A stretch of DNA of 64,000 nt, taken from positions 24,124-88,123 of IMG/VR virus record IMGVR_UViG_3300042475_005534. One strand, written 5' to 3'. This stretch comes from a virus. This document shows positions 1-9,897 of the stretch, in pieces. Below the pieces are notes generated by a model. It worked only from the letters and a program-made list of their open reading frames with translations. It did not search any database and was not told the origin of the DNA. Position 1 is the stretch's first letter; each line of letters starts with the position of its first letter. The translations under genes and the position numbers were made by a program.

Positions 1-90
1 GAGCCATTCGAAGCCAGAACTGATTGGCATTCGTGGACTCAGGAGGAAAGGCGGCTCCGGGCAGCCTCACGTCCAATTGAAAATCAGGCA

Positions 91-975
91 TCATGAGGCC
101 TTCGTGATGGATAGAGCGTCTTCGATATAGGCAAGAGCAAGGTCCTCAGCAGGGGTATTCAGGTTTAGGGCTTGGCGATGCATCCCCTTGGTGTAGATAG
201 TGTATCCCCGGGGAATGGAATAAAGGTGATTAGCCTTTCCAAGAACAGAAGCCATAGAAGGGCAGGCCTGCTGCACTTCGTCCTTCAGTAAAAAATTGAC
301 CGTGGCCTCGAGGTCGTCCAGGGAGCCATCATTGACAATCCGGAGATTGAATCGGGGGTAATTCCTTAGGCGCCCTTCACTTGCATGAAAGCGGGATCGC
401 CAGCGCCTAGGGATGAGGCGAGACGCCCAGCTGAGCCACTCCGGCAGTGGGTGATGACGAGGCGTCCCAGGGCGGATGATCTCCCAAAGCTGACCGCCCA
501 GCCGGAGGATTGTGTCGGCTTCATCCGGAAAACGGACATCATCCGCGACAACCCGCAAGTCGGCCAACTCCGGGAAATGAACGCCGGTCATGGGATGGGA
601 TCGAACGTTGAGGTAGATCTGGTACGTGTTCTCCCAACAAAGAAGCCAAAGTCGGCGATTGATCTTCTTTCGCCCCCAGTCGGTGCCAAGGGTCTGGAGG
701 ATATGACGCCCCGTGACACCAAGTTCTGGAATGACTTTTGCTTTGTTCTCGTAGAGATACTCCTCTGCATCTGCAGGTAGAACACCAGCATTGATCAAAA
801 CACCCAAGGCGCACTCCTTGATAGGGCCGGCAAATGGCTCACAGATGAAACCATGGTAGATATCCAGGATTTCAGCAATAGCACTTTTGCCGGATCCGGG
901 CGCGTGCGACACCAAACCGATGAGAGGCGGCTTGGCGCGAGCTGGATGGCTGGACTGATTCGTGGTCATCATCAC
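91..975 (-). CDS. deoxynucleoside monophosphate (dNMP) kinase
   Basis: P-loop APGSGKS, FAGPIK, RxxLQxLGTDWGR, DDVRFPDEA and HASE motifs typical of phage dNMP kinases. Confidence 0.8.
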   Translation of the reverse strand: MMMTTNQSSHPARAKPPLIGLVSHAPGSGKSAIAEILDIYHGFICEPFAGPIKECALGVLINAGVLPADAEEYLYENKAKVIPELGVTGRHILQTLGTDWGRKKINRRLWLLCWENTYQIYLNVRSHPMTGVHFPELADLRVVADDVRFPDEADTILRLGGQLWEIIRPGTPRHHPLPEWLSWASRLIPRRWRSRFHASEGRLRNYPRFNLRIVNDGSLDDLEATVNFLLKDEVQQACPSMASVLGKANHLYSIPRGYTIYTKGMHRQALNLNTPAEDLALAYIEDALSITKAS

Positions 976-1235
976 TCCTGAAATGAAATGTTTACAGTTA
1001 TCTGGTAGGGAACCGCATCATACAAACTGTCGCGGCATTTCCCTTCGCCTAGCGGTTCTTCGCTTGCGCTGTCTGAAACCGTTTTCGGTTCCGTGTATGG
1101 AATGAAAGGGGTACCTATACGGATGTCATCCCATTTCCTAATGGCAAAGCAATCCTTGAGTACCCCGTACACGATCACGTCGCCATCACCGTCCCCATCC
1201 TCCTTGGTTGGCGCTCGATGAGTAATCCAGCTCAT
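972..1235 (-). CDS. hypothetical protein
   Basis: MSWITHRAPTKEDGD start overlaps the upstream stop (ATGA); coupled to the kinase gene. Confidence 0.55.
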   Translation of the reverse strand: MSWITHRAPTKEDGDGDGDVIVYGVLKDCFAIRKWDDIRIGTPFIPYTEPKTVSDSASEEPLGEGKCRDSLYDAVPYQITVNISFQE

Positions 1236-1564
1236 TGGTCCGCCTCGCATGAATCTGACCAGAGCATGCATGCAAGCTCCTTGTGCTGGGCTGGCATGTC
1301 CTCCGGTCCTTCCCAAATCACCTCACTGGCAGAGAGGCCGTCGGCCTCCCTCATGCGCGTTGCTATCCACTGATCAATGCTCCATTCAGTATTGGCCTGC
1401 GTGCACATCTGCCGCGCCTTGGGGGCGTTAGTGGCGTAGGCAATGACATGAAAATCCAAGTTCCGAGGGGAACAGGAGTAAGCCCTGAGTCGCCGTTGGG
1501 TGATCGATAGCCGGCTGCGACCAGGCTTCGCGTGGCTCGCTTTGGTTGCTTTGGCCATGATCAA
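1232..1564 (-). CDS. hypothetical protein
   Basis: ORF overlaps its neighbours by 4 nt within the operon. Confidence 0.5.
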   Translation of the reverse strand: MIMAKATKASHAKPGRSRLSITQRRLRAYSCSPRNLDFHVIAYATNAPKARQMCTQANTEWSIDQWIATRMREADGLSASEVIWEGPEDMPAQHKELACMLWSDSCEADQ

Positions 1565-1884
1565 CCCTCCACGTCGGCGCCGGAGCCAACAGCTTGAACG
1601 GCAATGCTTTCGACAACGTTGGGCTTCCAGCCGGACTCCCAGATCTCCCTGGCGCGAGTCATGAGTTGGTCACGGGTGAGGAACCCCCACCGCTTAGCGA
1701 TAGACCTGAGGCGATCAAGGAGATCTCCTGAGAGGAGAGAGCCCTCGTAACGCAGGACAAGACGGGCTGCATGAGCGATGTCGGCCTCACAAGGAGTGCC
1801 TGCTTGTTCAAGGGAGAGGACGATCTGCCTGTCGATGCCGTCCATTGGATGGCCGCCTGTGGCTGTGGTTCCAGCAGGATTCAT
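1561..1884 (-). CDS. DUF3288-family protein (cyanobacterial)
   Basis: HPMDGIDRQIV...ARLVLRYEG...WG...R.IW.SG...VGSGAD matches my recollection of the DUF3288 pattern. Confidence 0.7.
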   Translation of the reverse strand: MNPAGTTATGGHPMDGIDRQIVLSLEQAGTPCEADIAHAARLVLRYEGSLLSGDLLDRLRSIAKRWGFLTRDQLMTRAREIWESGWKPNVVESIAVQAVGSGADVEG

Positions 1885-2002
1885 GGGGTGAAGGTCTGGC
1901 GTGCGGATTGTAAGCCTTCTGACGCAGATGGGCAATGGTTTGGTATGTAAAGAGCCGGCGGGGTGCCTATCAGGAGGCTTCCCAGAATTTGGAAAAGTAC
2001 AT

Positions 2003-2342
2003 CTTGATACAGTGCCGCGAGTGCCTTCGAGCTTGACACGGGCAAAACGACTGGGGCGGAAGGAGTTTGACGAGGTGTGTCAAGGTCGTCAAGCTTTTCC
2101 TATACCTTCCTAGGGAAATTCCCTTATTCCAGGAAATCCCTTGTCAGCACTGTCTTGTCAAGGATAGCAAGAATTCAACGAGCTAGGCAAGGAAAAAAGC
2201 TTGACACCAAGGGGAACCCAGCAAGAGAGACCTTGGAATTTATTTTTCCCAGAAAAGGTTTGGAGAAAGCTTGACACAGCCAACACCGCAGCTCAAACCC
2301 CTTGCCACAACAGGCGTTTCCCCGTGTCAAACCCCTTGACAC
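2003..2342. repeat. cluster of CTTGACAC octamers (iteron-like; candidate replication origin)
   Basis: Exact CTTGACAC at 2032, 2200, 2270, 2335; reverse copy at 2077; variants at 2003, 2301, 2324; A-rich non-coding region just downstream of the primase gene. Confidence 0.55.
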
Positions 2343-2454
2343 GCAGGCGGCAAGTGGGGACATTCCGGGCGGTAGTCCAGCGAGTCTCACCCGCAAGCAA
2401 GAAAAAGCCCCGCAAGACGCGTCTGACAGGATGCAACACAGGTAGTCGCAGGGG

Positions 2455-4938
2455 CTACCAGTCGAGCGGAATGTCGCTCTTCTCAGAGGGCTCTAACTCC
2501 GTGTTGGGATCGTCAGGGTCGCCCTCCATCCAGTAGTTCTGAGGATTCCGTTTGCCTGGAGGTCTGATCCGGACCTTTCGCAGGCCCAGCCTCTTGAGGA
2601 CATCACCGATCGGCTGCCTCACTCTGTGGAAGTCTTTTTCCTCGATGCTCAAGTGCTTGCAGATATCAGCCATCAAGTAGGCGGGTCGCCCCATGTGGAT
2701 CGTGCTGGGATGGAGCTGCAGGACCCTGGAGACGGCATCCATCAATGGGTCGTCCACCATGAAGTTGGTCATGTACTCCTCCACCTGGCTGATCTCGTCA
2801 GAGCTGAAGCCATGGGGCTCGCCATCGAGGTAAGCCTTTCGAGCAGCAGACCAGATGGCATCCCGATCGGTTTTGACTTTGTCGAGGTCGATGATCAGGT
2901 TCTTCTCGCTGCGAGGGGCGAGAACCTTGCCGGTAACTCGGATGGGAAGAAACCTCCGATTTCCGGTGGGATCCAGCATGAAGCTGTCATGGTTGGTGTT
3001 GCCCGCCAGGACGAAGGATCTGGGATAGGACCTTTCGTTTTGGTATTTGGGAGCGGATCTGTCGGTGGCTACTGAGACGAGGTTCTTGAGTTCTTCGACG
3101 TAGCGGCGCTCAAAGAAGCGGTCGCATTCATCAAGGAGGACAACCCAGCCTGCATGCAAGACGTGGGGCCTGTCCTTGAGGTAGCCGATCCCCTGCTGCA
3201 CGGTGGCGCACATGGGGTAGCGATTGAGGTGGTCCGGCGGGGTGAGGTATTGGAAGAAGAAGGACTTGCCCTTGTTCTGGTCACCGATGAGGATCATCAT
3301 CCAGCTGTGCTCACAGCCAGGTTCAGTGGCCCGGGCAATGGCGCCAATCAGGAATCGCTGCAGGATGACATTGGCCAGCAAGCGGCCATCAGGGAGTCGG
3401 GGGTTGAGGATCTCGTCGTAGGACACCCCGAGGAGTTCTTCTGCGATGGTGTCCCAGTAGGGAGCAGGTGCAGTGGCAGCGCAGGATTCCAGGTAGTCAG
3501 TAACTGGGTTGTAGCGCCGCTCCCATGCCTCCACCTGGAGGATGTCGTGAACGCCACCCTTGGGATAGAGGTCCCCCTTGCGCCCTCTGGAAATACGGGT
3601 GTAGACAGTGGAGGGGTCGGGAACTTCAGTGATGCCGTCCTTGCCGTCGTATTCGATGGTCTGGGTCAGGACGTTCAGTCGCAGGCCTGGATAGAAGATG
3701 CGGATGCGATCCAGGATCTCGTCAGCGGCTCCACCTGCTGATTTGTCCTTGCTACCTGTGGGGCGGCCTCGGCCTCTTTTGGGCGGAGGAGTGACGGGGT
3801 CTGGACTGACGTCGCCGTAACTGATGGTTTCGAAATCGTCATCGAGCTGCGATTCGATTCCTGCGTCATCAAAGGGCGGCGGCTCGGGCATGGGTAGATC
3901 GCTGTCTGCAGGTGCGGGACTGGAGGAATAGGAGGCGCCCCACTCCAGGAGGGATGGGGTGGAAGCTCCCAGGACGGGATCATCTGGGTCGATCTCGTGG
4001 AGACCCAGGAAATCCTGGTGGGAGTAGCCAGCTACACCTGGGATGCCGGCATCGCTGTATTCACTGCGGAGATGATCAGGCAGGTGCTTGCGCCAGCTGG
4101 GGTCCTGCTCTCCCGCCAAAAAGAAGAGAGTCGCCAAGGTGGTATTGCCAGAGAAGCCGCGGAAGAAGCGCTCGCTGGTTTGCCGGCGATTCTTGCCCTG
4201 GCCGTGGTGACCGCGGGAGGCCCAATCGGACCAGACCCCATAGAGAGCGTCACCAACGGATGCTGCTGCTGCTGTGATGCGGATGAAGAGATGCCGCTCG
4301 CCGTCAGCGGTGGGACTGATGACGTTCTGCAGAACCCATTCCGCCTGGGCAATGGAGATGGGATCTGCCTCCTCTGTAGCCTGCCGGCGACGCTTGAGGT
4401 CCTCTTGTAGCTGTTCCCGTGCTGCATTGATAATGGCTTCTGGGAGTGTGGCTTCTGGGTGGAGGAGTTTTTGGGTACCGCCGGAATAGCTATAGAAGAT
4501 GCGGCAGGGGTCTGAGCAACTCTTGTCGCTGCCAAGGGTGCCGATCAGCTGGGTAACGACGGCTTTGTAGAGCTCGGGGTCGTCGATGCGGCAAGGGAGA
4601 CGGAAGACCACCCGGAAGCGATTGGCTCCGGCTCGAGGCTGATGACTGGCGGTTGTGTAATAGAGGAGGGCGGAGGCAGCGAGCTCATGGGCCAGGAAGT
4701 CCTCCAAGTCCATGCCGTAGTCGATGTCGACCACTGCCAGATCTGCGTACTTGAAGGCGGACGTGGTGCGGTGGGTTGAGCTCATGGCAGCAGCAATCCA
4801 GCCAGTGCCCGCCCGGATCAACTGGAGGAGGCCGTCGCTATCGACTGTTCGCTGCTGCCAGTTACTGCCGTACTCCTCACGCCAGGCTGGCTTGTCGTGG
4901 ATTGCCGGGTTGAGTGAGATCGGGAAGGATGGCGGCAT
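2455..4938 (-). CDS. primase / PriCT-like domain fused to VirE (VapE) SF3-like helicase
   Basis: N-terminal VVDID...YTTASH...RFRVVF primase-like motifs; acidic/Pro linker; C-terminal Walker A GDQNKGKS, LLDE, GNTN..FMLDPTGNRRF. Confidence 0.85.
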   Translation of the reverse strand: MPPSFPISLNPAIHDKPAWREEYGSNWQQRTVDSDGLLQLIRAGTGWIAAAMSSTHRTTSAFKYADLAVVDIDYGMDLEDFLAHELAASALLYYTTASHQPRAGANRFRVVFRLPCRIDDPELYKAVVTQLIGTLGSDKSCSDPCRIFYSYSGGTQKLLHPEATLPEAIINAAREQLQEDLKRRRQATEEADPISIAQAEWVLQNVISPTADGERHLFIRITAAAASVGDALYGVWSDWASRGHHGQGKNRRQTSERFFRGFSGNTTLATLFFLAGEQDPSWRKHLPDHLRSEYSDAGIPGVAGYSHQDFLGLHEIDPDDPVLGASTPSLLEWGASYSSSPAPADSDLPMPEPPPFDDAGIESQLDDDFETISYGDVSPDPVTPPPKRGRGRPTGSKDKSAGGAADEILDRIRIFYPGLRLNVLTQTIEYDGKDGITEVPDPSTVYTRISRGRKGDLYPKGGVHDILQVEAWERRYNPVTDYLESCAATAPAPYWDTIAEELLGVSYDEILNPRLPDGRLLANVILQRFLIGAIARATEPGCEHSWMMILIGDQNKGKSFFFQYLTPPDHLNRYPMCATVQQGIGYLKDRPHVLHAGWVVLLDECDRFFERRYVEELKNLVSVATDRSAPKYQNERSYPRSFVLAGNTNHDSFMLDPTGNRRFLPIRVTGKVLAPRSEKNLIIDLDKVKTDRDAIWSAARKAYLDGEPHGFSSDEISQVEEYMTNFMVDDPLMDAVSRVLQLHPSTIHMGRPAYLMADICKHLSIEEKDFHRVRQPIGDVLKRLGLRKVRIRPPGKRNPQNYWMEGDPDDPNTELEPSEKSDIPLDW

Positions 4939-5059
4939 TCGGCCGAGGGAGACTGGAGGGTCTTAGGGCTGCTTAGCTAGTCTGGCGCCTTGCGTGACTT
5001 GTTTTGCAGCACAGGCGCGAAGGCTACTGGGGATCGGGGAAGTTCGCCAGATGTGGTTT

Positions 5060-5085
5060 ATTAAATCTTGCATAAGGGATTTAAT
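5060..5085. promoter_or_regulatory. AT-rich inverted repeat in the divergent primase/HTH intergenic region (candidate operator)
   Basis: ATTAAATC-N10-GATTTAAT. Confidence 0.35.
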
Positions 5086-5190
5086 GTGCAAAAGTTTAAG
5101 CAGAACTATCTCAGAAGCGCAGCCCGACTGGGCGTGAGCGATTGACAGGTGCTACTGTCCGATCTCGCTCAATACGCAAGGTAGGACCCA

Positions 5191-5811
5191 ATGCCGGCAA
5201 GACGAAGCTCAATCAAGGATAACGACTCCACCTATTACGAGAGATTCGCTGCGGCACTCCGTCAAGTGATGGCAAGACACGAATGGAGCGAGAGGCGTCT
5301 TGCATCGGAACTGGGTATCACGATAGGAACGACTCAGAAATATTTTCGTGCAGGGGTGCACCCATTACGGGTGTCGACTGGGATCAACAAGCGCCTCTCC
5401 GTGCTGATGGGGATCACGTTGGACGCGCTGGTCGCGTACTACGAAACAGGAGTCTACGAAAGCGATATCTCGTTTGAGGATGTCGTGTCGTGGATTCGCT
5501 CCAGTGCAGGTGCAGGGCACATCTCGGGAATGCTGGAGGCCATGACGACAGCGAGCCAGAGGAGTATCCCGGCTGCGGCTCTCCCACCGGCAGAAGAGAA
5601 GTCGCTTTACTCGTGGCCCAGGGAGGAGCTTGTAGCAGCGGAGGTGCCCGAGTGGTTGCAGGAGAAGATGGGATTGACGACCGAGGCGCTGGACCTGCTC
5701 GAGAGGGAGGGGACGTTTAGCGATGAGTTGGTTGCTGCGTTCGCGGTGGCCACCAACCTGGAGGAGGAGGCGGTCCGAGAAGCATTCACCAATAGGGAGG
5801 CGGTTGCCTAG
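5191..5811 (+). CDS. XRE/Cro-CI-like helix-turn-helix regulator
   Basis: WSERRLASELGITIGTTQKY HTH pattern; divergent from the primase gene. Confidence 0.7.
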   Translation: MPARRSSIKDNDSTYYERFAAALRQVMARHEWSERRLASELGITIGTTQKYFRAGVHPLRVSTGINKRLSVLMGITLDALVAYYETGVYESDISFEDVVSWIRSSAGAGHISGMLEAMTTASQRSIPAAALPPAEEKSLYSWPREELVAAEVPEWLQEKMGLTTEALDLLEREGTFSDELVAAFAVATNLEEEAVREAFTNREAVA

Positions 5812-5840
5812 GCGGGCAGGATGCATGCTATGGTAATCAC

Positions 5841-5955
5841 GTTCCTTCGATTGAAGGGTCGAAGGAACCTCTTGGTGTGACCGGGGTGAGCCGGACATTA
5901 CGACTAGAGGGTAAGTGGGATTCAGAGCTCTCCGTGGTAGGGGAGCTTTTTTTTT
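5841..5955 (+). ncRNA. candidate small non-coding RNA
   Basis: TGcTATGGT extended -10 at 5826-5834; perfect 10-bp hairpin 5841-5868; intrinsic terminator at the 3' end; no credible ORF. Confidence 0.4.
5926..5955 (+). terminator. intrinsic terminator
   Basis: AGCTCTCC-gtggta-GGGGAGCT followed by a T run. Confidence 0.75.
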
Positions 5956-6049
5956 GGCAAGAAGACAGCGGAGCTATCACCAAGGTGCACGACCAGGATG
6001 GCGGCAATTTCTGGGTGACTAGGATAGGTCGAGAAATAGATCGGTCCCG

Positions 6050-6385
6050 ATGGCGAGAATGGCCGGTCGGTCGGACATTGCACAGCTGCTTCAGGCGGAC
6101 AAGGACCTGAAGTATGGCTTTGGCGAATTAACGGACGGGGACCTCGGCTTGATTGCAAGAGCCGGCAACGAGTACGACCCAGATTCAGCAAGGGTCGAGA
6201 CTGAAAGAATGTCCGCTGTTCCTGGTAGTGCTTATTTCACTGATGGCCAGGGGTTCGAGAGATATCTGTCTCCGGCAGAGGGCAAGATGATGCTTGCGCA
6301 GGCAATGGCGGATCCCCAGGGATTCATGCGGAGTTACGGGGTACCAGCAGCGGACTTCCTGGGTGCCGTTGCAAGGCAGGGATAA
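6050..6385 (+). CDS. hypothetical protein
   Basis: Clean ORF; TAGGAT box upstream. Confidence 0.6.
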   Translation: MARMAGRSDIAQLLQADKDLKYGFGELTDGDLGLIARAGNEYDPDSARVETERMSAVPGSAYFTDGQGFERYLSPAEGKMMLAQAMADPQGFMRSYGVPAADFLGAVARQG

Positions 6386-6387
6386 AC

Positions 6388-7395
6388 ATGAATCGTGCAC
6401 GACGAAGGATACCCCTTGGAACAAGCGCAGCACGACGCCTGCAGCAACTGAGCGCAAGAACCTCACGGCAACGACAGGGACAGTTCAGGGCCGAGCTTGA
6501 GGAGCGTCGCCAGTTCGAAGACCTAGGACTGGATCACGAGGCGGTCCAGAGAGCCAGGGCTGCTGCCTACCTAGAGGCAATGACTGGAGTCATGGAAGAG
6601 CGAAGAGAGCCGTATCAGTTAGAGATTCCTGGGATCAAGGCGACGCTTATGTCGCTGCGCTCTCGAGAACCAATGACAGATGACGAAGCCCGCGCCATGG
6701 GAATTGTTCTACCCATCGAGCCGGTTGCTAGAGGCCCAGCGGGAGAACAGATGGAAATTAACTTTGATGCACCTACGGCTGCCAATCAAATCACCCTCCT
6801 TCCGCGCCAGGTCACGGGTGAATCCGTTTCGGACTATATCGATCAGTTACCTAGACTTAGGGAACAACCAAGGACCAGCAAGGCAATGAGAGGGCTCCCA
6901 CCAGGAAACACTCGCATGGCAGGAGACCCCGCAATCCAGGCTATGGCGCTCAGTATTTTACTGGGACAGGCGGCACCAGGAGCCTATGGCTTGTACGATG
7001 CCGCGACAGGGGAAGAGAGCGGCATAGGCGAGCTGGCGATGAATTACGCCTTGACTGGCTTACCGGCCCTGGGATTCGTTGGAGGAATAGCAGGAGCTCT
7101 AGCAGCAGATCCGGCATCTCGGGCTGCGGCCGATGGATTACGCATTTGGTCAGCCAAGGCCAAGGAAGGTAAACCTCCAACGGCGGAGGAAATGGCAAGC
7201 TTTATGCAAGCCGCTAACGCAGCAGCTGCTCAGAGAATGAAGCAAAACCCAGACATGTCAAGACAGGAAGCGGTGGCCCTGACCGGGAAGAGGGGACAAC
7301 GGAATCTCATGGGAGGCGCGTTGGCGGGCACCTTGGCAGGTGGGATTCCAGCGATAATGCTCATGCAAGATTCCCCTCGGGAGCAAGAGGGTTGA
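6388..7395 (+). CDS. hypothetical Ala/Gly-rich protein (possible internal virion protein)
   Basis: 335-aa ORF with hydrophobic GxxxG-rich segments. Confidence 0.6.
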   Translation: MNRARRRIPLGTSAARRLQQLSARTSRQRQGQFRAELEERRQFEDLGLDHEAVQRARAAAYLEAMTGVMEERREPYQLEIPGIKATLMSLRSREPMTDDEARAMGIVLPIEPVARGPAGEQMEINFDAPTAANQITLLPRQVTGESVSDYIDQLPRLREQPRTSKAMRGLPPGNTRMAGDPAIQAMALSILLGQAAPGAYGLYDAATGEESGIGELAMNYALTGLPALGFVGGIAGALAADPASRAAADGLRIWSAKAKEGKPPTAEEMASFMQAANAAAAQRMKQNPDMSRQEAVALTGKRGQRNLMGGALAGTLAGGIPAIMLMQDSPREQEG

Positions 7396-7399
7396 CCTG

Positions 7400-7519
7400 G
7401 TGACACGCAAAGCCGGAGACAAACTTGCCGCCGCCTGTTGGAAGGGCTATGAGGCTATTGGCACCAAGGTGAAAGATGGTCGCACGGTGCCGAATTGTGT
7501 ACCTGTGAAGAAAGCTTGA
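7400..7519 (+). CDS. small CWKGY-motif protein (39 aa)
   Basis: GTG start; (M)TRKAGDKLAAACWKGYEAIGTKVKDGRTVPNCVPVKKA; stop overlaps the next ATG (TGATG); below the ORF-track cutoff. Confidence 0.65.
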   Translation: MTRKAGDKLAAACWKGYEAIGTKVKDGRTVPNCVPVKKA

Positions 7520-7803
7520 TGGCCAAGATCCGTGTTGCTGGTGAGATCTTTGAGGGATTAAACCAACCCAAGCGCACGCCAGGCGACAGCAAGAAGTTTG
7601 CAGTCGCAGTGCGGGGACCAGGGGGCGACCCCAGGATCGTGCGCTTTGGAGATCCTTCGATGCAGAATTACCGCAACGGACCCCAGGGACAGGGAGGACA
7701 CGGGGACGACGGACGCAGGGCCAACTTCAAGAGTCGCCACAATTGCGATGAGAAAACTGACAAGACCAAGCCTGGCTGGTGGAGTTGTAACTGGAGCTGG
7801 TAG
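7519..7803 (+). CDS. conserved phage protein (KKFAV...VRFGD...RRANFKSRHNC...WWSC)
   Basis: Motif pattern recurrent in aquatic phages; translationally coupled. Confidence 0.7.
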   Translation: MAKIRVAGEIFEGLNQPKRTPGDSKKFAVAVRGPGGDPRIVRFGDPSMQNYRNGPQGQGGHGDDGRRANFKSRHNCDEKTDKTKPGWWSCNWSW

Positions 7804-7886
7804 GCACCCCCCCAGCTAGCGAGCAAAGGGATAGTCCATCCTTGCTAGCCTGGTCTTGCGCTTAAACCCCGGCGAGACTAAGCCCT

Positions 7887-8201
7887 TTGTCTCACAGGAT
7901 TGAAGGATCGGAGTTGGTCTCGAAGCGGGCCACCAAGAACAGTTTCAGGCGAGAGATCATCAACGCGTGGGACGGCTGCTGCAGTTACTGCGGATGCCAG
8001 CCCGAGAAGGTCACCCTTGACCATGTCGTCCCCAAGATCAAGGGCGGCACCACGAAGAGATCGAATCTGGTGCCAGCCTGTGCTTCGTGCAATGTCTCAA
8101 AGAATCACTGCGACGTTTGGCAGTGGTACATGGAGCAGCCGTTCTACTGCGCCGACAAGGAGCAAGCGATCAGGAGCTGGCTATCGAATGGACCGGGCTA
8201 G
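7887..8201 (+). CDS. HNH endonuclease
   Basis: CSYCG...TLDHVVPK.KGG....NLVPACASCN.SK. Confidence 0.85.
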   Translation: MSHRIEGSELVSKRATKNSFRREIINAWDGCCSYCGCQPEKVTLDHVVPKIKGGTTKRSNLVPACASCNVSKNHCDVWQWYMEQPFYCADKEQAIRSWLSNGPG

Positions 8202-8207
8202 CGCTGT

Positions 8208-9893
8208 TCACACTCTTGCGAGTACAACCTTCTCCGGCTGGTGCTGATACTTGCCATCGCGGTCCTCGTAGGTGACATCACAGGGATCCCCCTCGAAAAA
8301 CAGGAGTTGACAGATCCCTTCATTGGCGTAGATGCGGCAGTCAGCCCCTGAGGAGTTGCTGAACTCCAGGGTGAGGTGGCCTTCCCAGCCGGCCTCGGCG
8401 GGAGTTGTGTTGAGAATGATACCGCAGTTCTTGACAAAGACTCCCGCAGACAGGGCAAAGTTTCCTGTCCTGGGAGCGGCGAGGCAGTAGGTTGGATGAA
8501 GACCAGGAACGCGGCGCACATTGCAAATCTTATGGTTTGCAGCCAGCGTTCCTGCCCGGAAGCCTTCGATGATGCTGTGGAACCGGCGAAAAGCGGAGCG
8601 ATCTACGCTCAGCATCCTGGCAGCTCCACGAATGGAACCCGTAGCCAGTAGTGCGTTCGTCAGACTTTCAGAAGTGACATCTTTTCGGCGGCGAAGCGCT
8701 CCCGCGCCAGCGTGTGCCACGGCCGACTGTTTGGCCCTGGCGTCTGGCTGAAGCCAGCGCTTCTTTCTTGCCTTAGCAAGGTTTTGACGGCTCTCTTCCG
8801 AGTCGAGATAAGGACGTCGTCCCTCTAGGGCCTTGCGCTTGCTCTCGTCACAGTGCAAGGCATTCAAGATTTTTTTCCGGTGTTGCGAATCCAACGCAAA
8901 CTTCTCCGCGCTTTTCCGGCCACCATGCAAATGCCTGAGATCTTCCTGGTTGTGAAGTCGCGTGTGCTGCGCTTGCGTCAACAATGCAAGGTTGTCCGGG
9001 TGATTGTTTGTCTTAATTCCGTCTCGATGATGGACGTGCAGATCTTCGCAGTCAAGGATATCCCTGGCGACCATCCGGTGAACCGATGTGCGTGCACCTC
9101 GCCTGTCACTTCCTTTGGAGGCCAGCGCCGAAGCGTGAACCGGATCGTAAACGCCGGGATAGCCGTGGTCCTCCCAGTCGTAGAAAGCGTGCAGGGAATC
9201 CCCAGGCTGGAGGTGCTGGGCCTCTTTCTCAGTACCGTCTCGAAGCAGGAATCCGTGGTCAGGCGTGCAATGAATCAATTCTCCGTTGTCCAGTTCAACT
9301 TCAAGAAGTTGGCTTTCCTCGATAAGACGCGGCGCAACCAATTCCTGAGCGATGATTCGACCGTCCAGGACTCCGAAGCCGTACAACCTTTCTCCAGCCT
9401 TTGCTTTGTCGATCAATTCCAGAAAGGTGAAATCTCCGTCAACAAGGCGAACCTTGGTGTCACCACTGAAGCAACGCGCATAAGTGCTCTTGCCCAGGCA
9501 GATGACCGTGACATTGGCTGGGACCTTGAGCTTTTCCAGGGCGACCCCGAGTCCGTAGGAGTGGGCCGGGAGAATGAAGTAGGCCCCATCACTGTCTGAG
9601 TGCAGGGCAGCAGGCTCCAGGTTGTCGGGGTTGAACCGCTTGGGGTCCATCACCGTGCCGGGTATATGGCGGAAGATCAGGAACTCCTTGGGCGAGAGAC
9701 GCAGGTCATAGCCGTAGGAGCTGCAGCCGTAGGACAGGGCCGGGACGGTGTCGATCTCCCAGACGACCTTGTCCAGTATGGGATCAAAGGAGTAGGGATG
9801 CCTCAGCTCAATGCGGCGTACCAGCTCCGGAGTGAACGGTTCGATCATCCCAGCAGAGGCCTGCTGCTTAATCCAGCGGTCGTTCTTCAGCAT
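8208..9893 (-). CDS. dcd: dCTP deaminase, intein-containing
   Basis: [20 protein letters not shown]|[35 protein letters not shown] motifs. Confidence 0.9.
   Translation of the reverse strand: MLKNDRWIKQQASAGMIEPFTPELVRRIELRHPYSFDPILDKVVWEIDTVPALSYGCSSYGYDLRLSPKEFLIFRHIPGTVMDPKRFNPDNLEPAALHSDSDGAYFILPAHSYGLGVALEKLKVPANVTVICLGKSTYARCFSGDTKVRLVDGDFTFLELIDKAKAGERLYGFGVLDGRIIAQELVAPRLIEESQLLEVELDNGELIHCTPDHGFLLRDGTEKEAQHLQPGDSLHAFYDWEDHGYPGVYDPVHASALASKGSDRRGARTSVHRMVARDILDCEDLHVHHRDGIKTNNHPDNLALLTQAQHTRLHNQEDLRHLHGGRKSAEKFALDSQHRKKILNALHCDESKRKALEGRRPYLDSEESRQNLAKARKKRWLQPDARAKQSAVAHAGAGALRRRKDVTSESLTNALLATGSIRGAARMLSVDRSAFRRFHSIIEGFRAGTLAANHKICNVRRVPGLHPTYCLAAPRTGNFALSAGVFVKNCGIILNTTPAEAGWEGHLTLEFSNSSGADCRIYANEGICQLLFFEGDPCDVTYEDRDGKYQHQPEKVVLARV
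8427..9473 (-). mobile_element. intein with HNH homing endonuclease (349 aa) in dcd
   Basis: Begins CFSGDTKV; block B CTPDHGF; HNH motif VHR...[15 protein letters not shown]; ends [12 protein letters not shown] followed by Cys+1. Confidence 0.9.
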
Positions 9894-9897
9894 GGGT

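Noticed and set aside
5142-5158. TTGACA-based promoter for the HTH gene
   Set aside because: TTGACA lies only a few nt from the TGcTACTGT box, so the spacing does not fit a single canonical promoter.
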